Source: a virus (lineage: Duplodnaviria > Caudoviricetes). Taken from it: DNA of 38,492 bases. Both the position numbers and the translations under genes were made by a program. The notes below the pieces were generated by a model. That model was given only the letters and a program-made list of their open reading frames with translations. It had not been told where the DNA came from and did no database searches. Below, piece by piece: positions 7,214 to 15,920 of this stretch (positions are counted from its first letter, which is position 1; each line of letters opens with the position of its first letter). The stretch is taken from positions 1 to 38,492 of the IMG/VR virus record IMGVR_UViG_3300025215_000002; one strand, given 5' to 3'.

Positions 7214-8590
7214 TTAACCAGTAAAAGCCGTTGCACCTTTTCTGCTGCCTCTGACTTCCTCCTGATTCATCAAGTCGCCTATCTGTACATCAGTCAAACA
7301 AGTAAATAACCCGCTTTCATTTGTTTTAAGATATACAGTACGCGGTAAATCCCCATGCCTAAACTTAACTGGTATCAACTCAACTACACCGCGTAACGCC
7401 GTACTCTCGTTTACTACCTCTTCCCTATGGCTTGCGATAATCAAATCACTATCGGCTTCAATAGCACTCGAACCATATATGTTTGACATTTGCGGCCGTT
7501 TTTCTTTATCCGTACCCCTGTTAGCCTGAGCTAATAGCAACACTGGCACTTTCACCTCTTTGGCTAATTGCTTTAATCCCCTGGTGACTTCACCAATCGC
7601 TAAATCTTCACGGTCTGCTTTTGGTAGCGTCATAAGCTTTAAGTAGTCGATTACTATCAGCGCTAATTTACCCTTACGCTTAATCGTAGTCTTTACCCGG
7701 TGTCGTATCTGTTGAAGTGATAAGGCTGGCGTATCGTCGTAGAATATGTTTAGTTGCTTTCTATCCATTAGCCCCAGCACTTCACCAAGCTTTGCAAATT
7801 GATAATCATTGAGCTCACCTGTCTTTAACGCTTTAGGCCCTATACCCGCAGTGATACCAACAAACCTGTCCATGATTTCATCTTTCGACATTTCCATACT
7901 AAAAAACTGCACCGCCTCACGCTTGGCTATGTGGCTGCATATCAACTGCGCGATTAATGTTTTACCATGTGACGGTCTGGCAAATAGCGTAACAAGCCAA
8001 TCTTCACCAATGCCTATGATTTCATCATCTAGCCTTTCAATACCTGTCTTTAGACCTACCGCGCTTCTATCGCCTTTTTGCCTTGCCTCCAGCCTATCAA
8101 TAAAGCTAGAACTTAAATCACCTATATGATTCGGCTCATACCCACCGCTTAGGTCAATCTTTTGCGCCTCATTACCAATGTATTGCAATACCTCACTGTT
8201 TGGCTGCTTGTCGTATATCTGGCTTATGCCGTTATGCAATACGCCCATGATTTCTCGTGCGTTGTACTTATCCGCTACAATCTCAGCATACTGTAAAGCT
8301 GCTGCCGTTGAAGGTGTACTTTTCCCTAACTCGGCGATATAAGTAAAACCGCCGCACTCGTCCAGCTTGTTTAGCTTATCCAGCAAATCAGTGATAGTGA
8401 TTAGGTCTCGGTCTTTTAGCTTTGTCATGGCTCGGTATATTTCCTGGTGAGCCATGTTATAAAACATTTCTGGTCTTAGTGTGTCGGTTACCTCTAGCGC
8501 TTTATGCTCGTTAGCATCCATCATCATTAAAGCACCTAAAACGGCTTGTTCTGCCTCGATGCTGTGTGGTGGTATGTTTATGTTTTCCAT
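7214..8590 (-). CDS. dnaB: DnaB-family replicative helicase
   Basis: PPHSIEAEQAVLGALM N-terminus, Walker A ARPSHGKT, FFSMEM, IVIDYL, SSAIEADSD; start 8590 by TAATG overlap. Confidence 0.95.
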   Translation of the reverse strand: MENINIPPHSIEAEQAVLGALMMMDANEHKALEVTDTLRPEMFYNMAHQEIYRAMTKLKDRDLITITDLLDKLNKLDECGGFTYIAELGKSTPSTAAALQYAEIVADKYNAREIMGVLHNGISQIYDKQPNSEVLQYIGNEAQKIDLSGGYEPNHIGDLSSSFIDRLEARQKGDRSAVGLKTGIERLDDEIIGIGEDWLVTLFARPSHGKTLIAQLICSHIAKREAVQFFSMEMSKDEIMDRFVGITAGIGPKALKTGELNDYQFAKLGEVLGLMDRKQLNIFYDDTPALSLQQIRHRVKTTIKRKGKLALIVIDYLKLMTLPKADREDLAIGEVTRGLKQLAKEVKVPVLLLAQANRGTDKEKRPQMSNIYGSSAIEADSDLIIASHREEVVNESTALRGVVELIPVKFRHGDLPRTVYLKTNESGLFTCLTDVQIGDLMNQEEVRGSRKGATAFTG

Positions 8591-9375
8591 TACTGGTCTC
8601 TCCATTGCTTACGAGAAAGAAGCTTGCCTGTCTGCATGTGCTCGAAGTTGTTAAATCCTTCAAGGGAGTGAGCGTCTACAACAAACTGACAAATATCTGA
8701 TACCTCTTGCTTGAATTGTTCTATCGTGTGAGTTTTGAAATACGAGGCGTTAAACATGGGCTTCCATTTCTTTTTTAGCGTATCGCCTTTAGGTGAGGTA
8801 TCTACCTTGCCTATGTCTTTTTTTGCTTGCTTCCATATCTTCCAAAAGTGCTCAAAGGCTTTCTCTACCAATTCCAGTGGGTAGGGTTGGTCGATAGACC
8901 TACCATTATCTTTATTAGGGGTAGGGGAATCAGGAATCAGGTTAAGGGAATCAGCACGATTCGTTTCGTTTTCATCCTGATTTAATCCAGATTTATCGTG
9001 ATTTATCGTGATTGTAGTTAAATCAACAACTTGGCGCATAGATTCTGAATACTCTGGAGTCTCTGTTCCTTTTTCACGCTCATTCTTATGCGGGTTTTGA
9101 TGCTTATCGAAGTTGGTTATATTTAGGTAAATTTTATCCCCATCAGAATAAAACCGAACGAATCCAGATTTATCCAGATTAATCATGATTTCTTTTACGT
9201 CACAAGAGTCATATGGCAATATTTGAGCCTTAATCTTTTTCTCGCGCCACTCCACATTCCCGTTGCAATCAGCAATAGTCCACAGGCCAATAAATAAAAG
9301 CCTGCCGATAGGCTCAATCTCTGCCAATTCGTCATTGGTGAAAAACGCTGGTTTAATGTTTCTTGCTCTAGCCAT
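8590..9375 (-). CDS. Phage replication initiator (replisome organiser-like)
   Basis: MARARNIKPxFFxNDELAE...RLLFIGLWT N-terminus, NFDKHQNPH motif, position directly before dnaB. Confidence 0.8.
   Translation of the reverse strand: MARARNIKPAFFTNDELAEIEPIGRLLFIGLWTIADCNGNVEWREKKIKAQILPYDSCDVKEIMINLDKSGFVRFYSDGDKIYLNITNFDKHQNPHKNEREKGTETPEYSESMRQVVDLTTITINHDKSGLNQDENETNRADSLNLIPDSPTPNKDNGRSIDQPYPLELVEKAFEHFWKIWKQAKKDIGKVDTSPKGDTLKKKWKPMFNASYFKTHTIEQFKQEVSDICQFVVDAHSLEGFNNFEHMQTGKLLSRKQWRDQ
8925..9190. repeat. Iteron-like short repeats within the initiator gene (probable origin)
   Basis: 10-bp-period ATCnnGATT units at 8977..9013 and 9161..9190; GGAATCAG three times at about 8925..8954. Confidence 0.5.
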
Positions 9376-9958
9376 TGTTTAGCGCCTCCATTACCTTGTC
9401 AAAACCAGCCAATTTAACAAATCTAGCAATCTCTTTGCTGTGATTTCTGGTTAAATCGTACTCTAGGAATGTCATGCACCGCTTGGTTGTTACCGCTACC
9501 TCATTTTTATTTAAGAATATATATGAGGATGGCTGATCATCTTCTTCGCTAAGAAGACAATCGAATGCAACTCCTTCATTAAGGGAGAAGTCGGAAGGCG
9601 CAGTTATTAAATTCTCTATTGGCGATAACCTGCGTATAAATTCAAGCTCATTATGCTCTAAAACTTCCTTTCTTACTGATTTTTGAGCCTCGTAAAATCC
9701 ATTAAGACCGTTCGCTTTAGCGTAATAAACCTCTATTCTTTCACAGTCTTTATATTTACCGCTTAAATGCTGAGATATTCTGCTTGGAAGGTTTTGGCTT
9801 TGACCGACGTAGTAGCAGGTATCGCCCTTATATATCACATATATTCCGGCGTACTTATGAGTGCTTGATTTGTAGTCTGGAGTGACTATTTGGAGTGAGT
9901 TGCTCAAAGAAAAGAAAAGCTCTTTTGAGCATGATGGTCTATCAAATAAAGTTAACAT
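9368..9958 (-). CDS. GIY-YIG nuclease family protein
   Basis: AGIYVI...YYVGQSQNLPSRISQHL, later E and N residues. Confidence 0.85.
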   Translation of the reverse strand: MLTLFDRPSCSKELFFSLSNSLQIVTPDYKSSTHKYAGIYVIYKGDTCYYVGQSQNLPSRISQHLSGKYKDCERIEVYYAKANGLNGFYEAQKSVRKEVLEHNELEFIRRLSPIENLITAPSDFSLNEGVAFDCLLSEEDDQPSSYIFLNKNEVAVTTKRCMTFLEYDLTRNHSKEIARFVKLAGFDKVMEALNNG

Positions 9959-9994
9959 ATTGTAATCCAGTTTCAGCCCAGAGTTAAAAGTTGC

Positions 9995-10054
9995 GCGGCT
10001 ACCACTTCTGGAATAGTGGATTTAGAGTAGGGGATCAATCCAACTCATAGCCGC
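9995..10054 (-). ncRNA. Candidate structured leader / C4-CI-like RNA
   Basis: Closing stem GCGGCUA/UAGCCGC enclosing two hairpins; starts at the predicted +1. Confidence 0.4.
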
Positions 10055-10060
10055 CCATTA

Positions 10061-10088
10061 ATTATACCAGCGTTGTGCTGGTGGTCAA
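10061..10088 (-). promoter_or_regulatory. sigma70 promoter TTGACC-16-TATAAT (extended -10) for the GIY-YIG/replication genes
   Basis: Near-consensus elements. Confidence 0.75.
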
Positions 10089-10342
10089 CTGGTAATAACC
10101 TTGTGATTTTTGTAATGAAATTGAGATTTTGTAAAGCATCCTTCAACCTTTTCTAGAGAGTAATCACCTATCGATGCGCTATACTCTGACTTTACTGTGT
10201 AACCGTGCCACTTGCCGTAGTTAAATGCCTCACTAACCGCCTCTTTGAACTCATCATTAGTGAGTTCAACTCTTAATATTTCGCCGCCGCGACTCAATTC
10301 CTCATCAATTTTATCAAAAATTGTTCGTCTAATTACTTTCAT
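10085..10342 (-). CDS. Hypothetical protein (85 aa)
   Basis: ORF track, ATGA overlap. Confidence 0.7.
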   Translation of the reverse strand: MKVIRRTIFDKIDEELSRGGEILRVELTNDEFKEAVSEAFNYGKWHGYTVKSEYSASIGDYSLEKVEGCFTKSQFHYKNHKVITS

Positions 10343-10518
10343 TTTAAAATATCCACAATTATCGCTGTCTTAGTCTCATGTATCACATACCCGCCATAAA
10401 CCTTATTGCGTGATTTGCCGCTGTATAACGGCATGCCTTTTGGGTTGGCGCGTAAGTGTTCGTCGTATGCGTCGAGTGCTTCGTCTGTTATCTCGCATTT
10501 GAATGTTGTTTGTTTCAT
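10339..10518 (-). CDS. Hypothetical protein (59 aa, MKQTTFKCEITDEALD...)
   Basis: Fills the gap with TAATG/ATGA coupling. Confidence 0.6.
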   Translation of the reverse strand: MKQTTFKCEITDEALDAYDEHLRANPKGMPLYSGKSRNKVYGGYVIHETKTAIIVDILK

Positions 10519-10796
10519 TATTTCACCTTAATCAGACCTTTATCGTGTAGCTTCATTTGCGTTTCTTGTAGCGCTCTCATCTGGTCATGCATATCAACCT
10601 TGCCGCTGTCCAGCCATGAGTGACACCAAGAGCAGCCGTACACGCCGAATAAATCGGGCGATTTAAACCCCATGCCGCGATAGTTGCTTTGTAGGTGACA
10701 AAATACAACTGTCTCACCATCTTGGCACTGCGGGTGAACTCGCAAGCTGCATGATTCATTGCGGGCGCTATCCCGTATTTTCTTTGATTTAATCAT
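10518..10796 (-). CDS. DUF1364/YbcO-like Zn-binding putative nuclease
   Basis: SKKIRDSARNESCSLR..C...TVVFCH...GMGFK.PD...YGCSWCH. Confidence 0.8.
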   Translation of the reverse strand: MIKSKKIRDSARNESCSLRVHPQCQDGETVVFCHLQSNYRGMGFKSPDLFGVYGCSWCHSWLDSGKVDMHDQMRALQETQMKLHDKGLIKVK

Positions 10797-11242
10797 GGCT
10801 TATCCTTCATAACTGAATCCCAATATAAATCATCTGGCATTGGTAGCTGACAGCCCATATCAATCGATGCCCATGCATAATACATATCAAGCAATGCTGA
10901 AAATTCTTTAACCGGTAGGTTTTTGGTAGACTTGCGCGCGATAATAAAATCACCGTCTGGCAACTTCTTAGGCTCTTTTGGTAGCAGCTTACCGATTACG
11001 AACTCATGGATGGTTTCCGTGTCGTAAATCTCACCCTGGCTTTCGTGAATATGCTTGGCTAGCTCACCGTGGAGCATCCAGAGCAGGCGGTTCTGCTTTA
11101 CGCTTCGGCTAGTTTCCGCCGGCTTGATTGTGACAACTAGGTCTTTTTTCCATTGCCATGCTTCGCCAAGTTTAGCTTTGCATAGCTCTGGCCACTGCTT
11201 TGCATTTGATAGTGGCAGCAATAGGTTTATTTTGTAACTCAT
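10793..11242 (-). CDS. NinB/YbcN-like recombination protein
   Basis: RSVKQNRLLW...KSTKNL.VKEFS motifs. Confidence 0.75.
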   Translation of the reverse strand: MSYKINLLLPLSNAKQWPELCKAKLGEAWQWKKDLVVTIKPAETSRSVKQNRLLWMLHGELAKHIHESQGEIYDTETIHEFVIGKLLPKEPKKLPDGDFIIARKSTKNLPVKEFSALLDMYYAWASIDMGCQLPMPDDLYWDSVMKDKP

Positions 11243-11718
11243 TACTCGCCAGCCTTTACTTCGTGAGATTTTAAACTTTCATTAAAATCTTCTATACGAG
11301 ACAGAAGTAGTTCAACATCCGCTTTTGAATAATATTCGTAACTGCCTTTATCGTCCTTGTAAGAATATATTGTATCTATATTCTCTATCAGAGACTTACA
11401 CTGAGAAGTAATTAACTTCTCGACATGGGCCTTTTTTAAAAACGCCCCGTTGTTCGGGATTGTCTTGTTGTATTTTGGTTTAAGCCTGACAATGTCTTTC
11501 GCCTCATTTAGAGACATTTGAGATTCGCTACAACCAAACAGATGAAAGTCATCAAACTCTTTATCTGAGTGGTGGCAATGGTATGCGATTCTTTTTCTCG
11601 GTGATGAGCTTTGCCCGACATAAACAACCTTTCCGCCTTCAGTGAGGTGATACACGCAGTGATACTCGCCCTCAGGGATGCCTTTTTCATCTAATATTTT
11701 GTCCAAAAACGTTTTCAT
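11242..11718 (-). CDS. GIY-YIG nuclease family protein
   Basis: VYHL...VVYVGQS...RI..H...KEFD...E...I..LKPKYN. Confidence 0.8.
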   Translation of the reverse strand: MKTFLDKILDEKGIPEGEYHCVYHLTEGGKVVYVGQSSSPRKRIAYHCHHSDKEFDDFHLFGCSESQMSLNEAKDIVRLKPKYNKTIPNNGAFLKKAHVEKLITSQCKSLIENIDTIYSYKDDKGSYEYYSKADVELLLSRIEDFNESLKSHEVKAGE

Positions 11719-11867
11719 TTCTCAACCTCCTTTTTATATTGTTTCAATACCAGCTCAGCAATAACCGCAGCCATTGTATTAGCTGGGTGACCCTCCTTTG
11801 AGCGCTTGTCGCTAATTTGCTTTAGCTTTGCGTGTATATTGGGGTTTAACTGCAAATTCTTTCTCAT
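11715..11867 (-). CDS. Ribbon-helix-helix-like small regulator (50 aa from ATG 11867)
   Basis: RKNLQLNPNIHAKLKQIS...MAAVIAELV pattern; first gene of the leftward operon. Confidence 0.55.
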   Translation of the reverse strand: MRKNLQLNPNIHAKLKQISDKRSKEGHPANTMAAVIAELVLKQYKKEVEK

Positions 11868-11930
11868 GTTGTTTCCTTTTTTGTGGTAGTTTCTGTATAC
11901 TATATCAATACTTTTAAAACTGCAACTTCT

Positions 11931-11971
11931 CACTGGTAGGAGTTGTTAAACGCTGATTTTTAGCGTAGCTT
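11931..11971 (+). promoter_or_regulatory. Promoter with FadR-like box CACTGGTAGGAGTTGTT (11931..11947), 18 bp, then TAGCTT; drives the recombination operon
   Basis: Shared architecture; lies at the central divergence point. Confidence 0.7.
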
Positions 11972-11999
11972 TACCATACCAATTAACGGGAGATAGAAA

Positions 12000-12704
12000 G
12001 TGACTAAACCAATAGACTTTTGGAATAGCGTTGAAAAGACCAATCCAAAACACACGAAGCAATACAGCGATAGCGGACAAACTCGCACAACGGTTGATGC
12101 TCAGGTCAAGAAAAAGATGATTACTGAGAAGTTTGGCATATACGGTCTAGGATGGGGCGTTGTGGCTGGCAGTGAGAATTACGACCGTGTTCATTATGAC
12201 GATGAAAAAGAAAGCGTGCTGCTTAATTACACGGCTACCGCATTCTTTGTTCATGATGGCGAGCGCGGTGAATTCCCTATTGCTGCGCAGGTGCTTGAGG
12301 CGTACAGAACAAAAGGGGGGAAAGGGTATAAGAAAGTTGATTCAGAGGCCGTTAAAAAGGTTCGCACAGATGCCTTAACAAAGGGCTTTACTGACTTAGG
12401 TTTTTGCGCCGATATTCACATGGGTATGTTTGACGATCAGGATTATGTTCACGGCGCTCAAATGGCTGCACATGCTAAAGAAATGGATGAAAAGGAGGAG
12501 GCAGCTAAAAAGTCATACGATGAGATTAAAGCATGGCTTGCTGAACAGGTTAAGTCTGCGGAAACGTTAAGTAATCCGGTATCATACAATAAAGCACTAG
12601 ACAGACTTGCTGATAAAGTGGATATGAAATGCAAAGTGGCTGGTTTAGCCAGTCGTGGTTTTGTGGATAAATTAATGTCATCTAAACGGGAGATAAAACA
12701 ATGA
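12000..12704 (+). CDS. Putative single-strand annealing recombinase (Rad52/Sak-like)
   Basis: W..VEKT.PK.TK, TE.FG.YG.GWG, KK..TDALTK....LGFCADI..G motifs; near ssb. Confidence 0.6.
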   Translation: MTKPIDFWNSVEKTNPKHTKQYSDSGQTRTTVDAQVKKKMITEKFGIYGLGWGVVAGSENYDRVHYDDEKESVLLNYTATAFFVHDGERGEFPIAAQVLEAYRTKGGKGYKKVDSEAVKKVRTDALTKGFTDLGFCADIHMGMFDDQDYVHGAQMAAHAKEMDEKEEAAKKSYDEIKAWLAEQVKSAETLSNPVSYNKALDRLADKVDMKCKVAGLASRGFVDKLMSSKREIKQ

Positions 12705-13708
12705 GCAGCATCGTAATTTTTAAAGACATGACGGCTGAGGAAAAGCTTTCTCAGATTGAAGAGCAATCAAAGCAATTCGACGGCTTGGTTGTAGATATGA
12801 ATAAGCCAGCGGAGAGAAAAAAGGTTAAGGAAAGCGCTGCTGTAATTAACGACATCCTTAAAAAGCTAGACCGCGCACGTATTGACCGCAAAAAGGAGTA
12901 CGCGCAAAAGGTTGAGGATGAGGCGCAATTCATTCGTGAGCGACTTGAAGCAGCTAACGCGCCTTTAACGAAACTAATTGATGCGCACAAAGAGCAAGAG
13001 CGATTAAAGCGCGAAGCTGAAAAGGCTCGCCAAGAAGAAATCGACAACGCATTTTCTCGAATGAATGACATGGCTATGGAGGCTATCGGGCAAACGTCAA
13101 CCGTTATCGAATCAATCATTGATGAGCTAGCGGATTATGATTTCAACCCTGATACATTCCAAGAGCGCACCGAGGATGCTGTTAAAAAGCATTCTGAGTT
13201 GATGCAGCGCCTTGACATGATGAAGCAGCAAGCAACCGCACAAGAGGAGCTTGAAGCTAGAGCCGCAGAAATCGAGCGCAAAGAGCGTGAGCAGGCAGAA
13301 AAGGAAGAGGCTGAACGTTTGCGTATCGAGCGCGAAAAAATAGCACAGGAGGCCGCAGAGAAAGCCAGAATTGAAGCGGAGCAACGCCACCAGCAAGAAA
13401 TGAAAGAGGCTGAACAGCGTCGTATTCGTGAAGCTGAAGAAGCCAAGCAAAGAGAAGTCGAAGCCGAGAAACGCGCCAAGTCGCAAGCTGAAGAAGCTGC
13501 GCAAGCAGAGCGTGAGCGCATCGAATCTGAGCGTCTAGCCAAGGAAGAAGAAGAGCGCAAGCGCGAAGCAGACCGCAAGCACAAGGGTAAGATTCATTCC
13601 GAAATAGTAAAAAATCTTACTGATGCAGGCTTAAGTGAGGCTGATGCGAAAAAGGCAGTTGAGTTAATCGCAAAAGGTCAAGCTGGCAACGTGAGAATTT
13701 ACTATTGA
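12701..13708 (+). CDS. Long coiled-coil protein (E/A/R/K-rich), typical neighbour of phage recombinases
   Basis: Composition; C-terminal READxxHKxKIH...V.IYY. Confidence 0.8.
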   Translation: MSSIVIFKDMTAEEKLSQIEEQSKQFDGLVVDMNKPAERKKVKESAAVINDILKKLDRARIDRKKEYAQKVEDEAQFIRERLEAANAPLTKLIDAHKEQERLKREAEKARQEEIDNAFSRMNDMAMEAIGQTSTVIESIIDELADYDFNPDTFQERTEDAVKKHSELMQRLDMMKQQATAQEELEARAAEIERKEREQAEKEEAERLRIEREKIAQEAAEKARIEAEQRHQQEMKEAEQRRIREAEEAKQREVEAEKRAKSQAEEAAQAERERIESERLAKEEEERKREADRKHKGKIHSEIVKNLTDAGLSEADAKKAVELIAKGQAGNVRIYY

Positions 13709-14004
13709 GTTTTCGCAGAGCCGCAAAGAAAGACGCTAACCATGTAGAAGTGGTTGGCCTTTTCCGTAAGCTTGGCTGGTATGTTCTCGATATTGGCCAA
13801 CTGAAGAATTGCTGTGATTTGATTGTTGCTAAAGATGGCCACGGCATTGCAATTGAAATTAAGGATGGCAGTAAACCAGCAAGCGCTCGTAAATTATCAG
13901 AGGGTGAGCAGAAGTTTAAAGATGAATGGCTGGGCGTATGGCGTTTGGTTGAAACAAATGATGATGTTTTGAAATTAAATGAGGAAATAAAGACATGGCG
14001 ATAA
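13705..14004 (+). CDS. PD-(D/E)XK nuclease, VRR-NUC/Holliday junction resolvase-like
   Basis: RRAAKKDANH...DLIVA...IEIKDG.K...LSEGEQKF...W. Confidence 0.75.
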   Translation: MSFRRAAKKDANHVEVVGLFRKLGWYVLDIGQLKNCCDLIVAKDGHGIAIEIKDGSKPASARKLSEGEQKFKDEWLGVWRLVETNDDVLKLNEEIKTWR

Positions 14005-14426
14005 ATATATTCACGGCTAGCGGCAATGTTGGCTCAGATATGGAAGTTAGACAGACTCCAAACGGTAAATCTATCGGCACTTTTTCAATGCCTGTTAAAT
14101 CTGGCTGGGGTGAGAATGAAAAGGTTAGTTGGGTATCGTGCAAAATGTTTGGCGAACGCGCACAGAAATTAGCGCAGCACATCACTAAAGGCACAAAGCT
14201 AACCGTTACAGGCTCGTTTGTTTTGGATGAGTGGGAAAATAACGGCGTTAAACATTCGCGCCCCGTTATTCTGGTTAACGATTTTGAGTTTGGCGGTAGT
14301 CCGCAAGGCCAATCTAATCAATGTGGTTATCAGCAACAGCGGCCGCAGCAAAACCATCAGCGAGCATCGCAAAATCAGTCTGAACCGAATTTCGATTTCG
14401 ATGATAATTTGCCTGATTGGGATTAA
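13995..14426 (+). CDS. ssb: Single-stranded DNA-binding protein
   Basis: OB-fold motifs (GNVGSD.EVR.TPNG, W..C..FG..A), Q-rich linker, acidic tail. Confidence 0.9.
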   Translation: MAINIFTASGNVGSDMEVRQTPNGKSIGTFSMPVKSGWGENEKVSWVSCKMFGERAQKLAQHITKGTKLTVTGSFVLDEWENNGVKHSRPVILVNDFEFGGSPQGQSNQCGYQQQRPQQNHQRASQNQSEPNFDFDDNLPDWD

Positions 14427-14466
14427 TTAACTTAACAGGGCGCATCACGCGCCCAAGTGAGGGAAG

Positions 14467-14529
14467 ATGAAACCAAAATACGCAACAGAATTCAGTGCAG
14501 GCGCAGACCTGTGCGCAAGTGAGTATTGA
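14467..14529 (+). pseudogene. dut: Truncated N-terminus of a trimeric dUTPase (MKPKYATEFSAGADLCASEY*)
   Basis: P.YAT..SAG.DL.A matches dUTPase motif I; GAGGG RBS retained. Confidence 0.7.
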
Positions 14530-14554
14530 TGTTCTATATCGGTCATGGCATAAT
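14526..14554 (+). promoter_or_regulatory. Promoter TTGATG-17-CATAAT for the HNH gene
   Basis: Begins at the dUTPase breakpoint. Confidence 0.5.
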
Positions 14555-14582
14555 AATCCTCAGTTACTAAGCGGAGACCGTT

Positions 14583-15230
14583 ATGCCAAGACTAGATTTG
14601 ACAGGGCGGAGATTCAATAGATTAATCGTTAAATCTTTTTCCCACACATTTAAAACCCATACCTATTGGAATTGTATTTGCGAATGCGGGAATAGCAAGG
14701 TTACAAACACTAATAGATTGAGAAACGGACAAGCCAAATCATGCGGTTGTCTAATGAAAGAGAATTCGAGTAAAACGTGTTTAGGCCGCAGCAAGCATGG
14801 TCATTCGAAGAGGTCGGGCGCTTCTAAGCTTTATACAATTTGGGCAAACATGAAGCAGAGAGCTTTAACGACTGGAAGAAATGATTCGAAATGGTATTTC
14901 GAAAAAGGGATTGATGTATGCGGTAAATGGGAGCGTTTCGATGGTTTTTTAGAGGATATGGGGGAAGGATACTTTTCTGGTGCGTCACTTGATAGAGTCG
15001 ATAACAGCAAGGGGTACGATAAGGATAACTGTCGCTGGGTAGAACTAAAAAGACAGCATAGAAATATGACCTCAAACCATATTCTCACCATAGACGGAGA
15101 GGATATGTGTATGGCAGATGCGGCTGAGAAGTTTGGAATAAATTACAACACGCTTAGAAGTAGAGTTTATAAGTTAGGAATGGATCATAAAGAGGCTGTA
15201 ACTAGGCCTGTTAAGAGGAAGAAAAAATGA
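14583..15230 (+). CDS. HNH homing endonuclease-like protein
   Basis: DLTG.RFNRL.V, W.C.CECG, SCGC, Y..W..MKQR, SLDRVDNSKGY...NCRW, C-terminal HTH. Confidence 0.85.
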   Translation: MPRLDLTGRRFNRLIVKSFSHTFKTHTYWNCICECGNSKVTNTNRLRNGQAKSCGCLMKENSSKTCLGRSKHGHSKRSGASKLYTIWANMKQRALTTGRNDSKWYFEKGIDVCGKWERFDGFLEDMGEGYFSGASLDRVDNSKGYDKDNCRWVELKRQHRNMTSNHILTIDGEDMCMADAAEKFGINYNTLRSRVYKLGMDHKEAVTRPVKRKKK

Positions 15231-15649
15231 GTAATAATCAATTTATAAAAGACGCATTACGAACTGAGTCGCTAGTATATAACCAGGTTGACCCGCGGAT
15301 AGACCATGCCATCACAGGACTTGTTACCGAATCGGCAGAAATGGCAGACGCAATAAAGAAGTCAAAGTTTTACGGTAAAGATTTGGATGTGACAAACCTA
15401 AAAGAAGAGAGCGGCGACATACTGTGGTATTTGGCGTTGCTATTTGATGCGCTAGGGACAACGTTTGAAGCTGAACAGGAGCGAGTCATTAACAAGCTCA
15501 AAGTTAGATACCCTGACAAGTTCACAAAGGCCGAGGCTCTGGAGCGAGACCTGACGGCTGAAAGAGAAGTTCTTGAACGAACATTCGGCTCTACCGGTGG
15601 CTACAATGGTTATGATGAAGCAGTCAAAGCAGGAGTGTATGAGTCGTGA
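15227..15649 (+). CDS. MazG-like all-alpha NTP pyrophosphohydrolase with a dUTPase-like C-terminal FGSTG tail
   Basis: HA..GL.TES.E..D.IKK...NLKEESGD.LWYLA...KLK.RYPDKF. Confidence 0.85.
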   Translation: MSNNQFIKDALRTESLVYNQVDPRIDHAITGLVTESAEMADAIKKSKFYGKDLDVTNLKEESGDILWYLALLFDALGTTFEAEQERVINKLKVRYPDKFTKAEALERDLTAEREVLERTFGSTGGYNGYDEAVKAGVYES

Positions 15650-15858
15650 ATAAGAGGACAAAACAAGCTATTTTCATCCTATCTCTGATACCGATAAGTT
15701 ATCTTGTAGGTGTGTTATTACACTCATTTGTAGAATGGCGTCAACCTTTATGGAGTCCGTCGATGTGGGATAGTCTAGTAAGATTTATTTATCTCATGTT
15801 TTGTTTTTTATTTTTATTCTATGCGTTTATTTTTTACGACATGGGCAGGCATGAGTAA
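15646..15858 (+). CDS. Two-TM membrane protein (70 aa)
   Basis: Hydrophobic segments, GTGA overlap. Confidence 0.7.
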   Translation: MNKRTKQAIFILSLIPISYLVGVLLHSFVEWRQPLWSPSMWDSLVRFIYLMFCFLFLFYAFIFYDMGRHE

Positions 15859-15896
15859 CTGGTCTAATCTGTTACACCCGCATTAGGTGGTATTGT
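15857..15896 (+). promoter_or_regulatory. Promoter with FadR-like box AACTGGTCTAATCTGTT (15857..15873), 17 bp, then TATTGT; upstream of the GntR-like gene
   Basis: Box identical to 4863..4879. Confidence 0.7.
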
Positions 15897-15920
15897 TTGG
15901 GTGTTGATTGATTAGGGGGC

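Noticed and set aside
9995-10054. tRNA gene
   Set aside because: Only 60 nt with two arms; no T-loop GTTC or CCA end
12701-13708. TolA or tape-measure identity for the E/A/R/K-rich protein
   Set aside because: Low-complexity coiled coil with no TM anchor; the true TMP is at 24968..27085
14438-14454. Terminator after ssb (GGGCGC-ATCAC-GCGCCC)
   Set aside because: Hairpin lacks a U tract; more likely a stabilising or processing stem
14467-15649. Group I intron or intein interrupting dUTPase
   Set aside because: I could not find dUTPase motifs II-IV, there is no room for an intron core, and the insert has its own promoter and two ORFs
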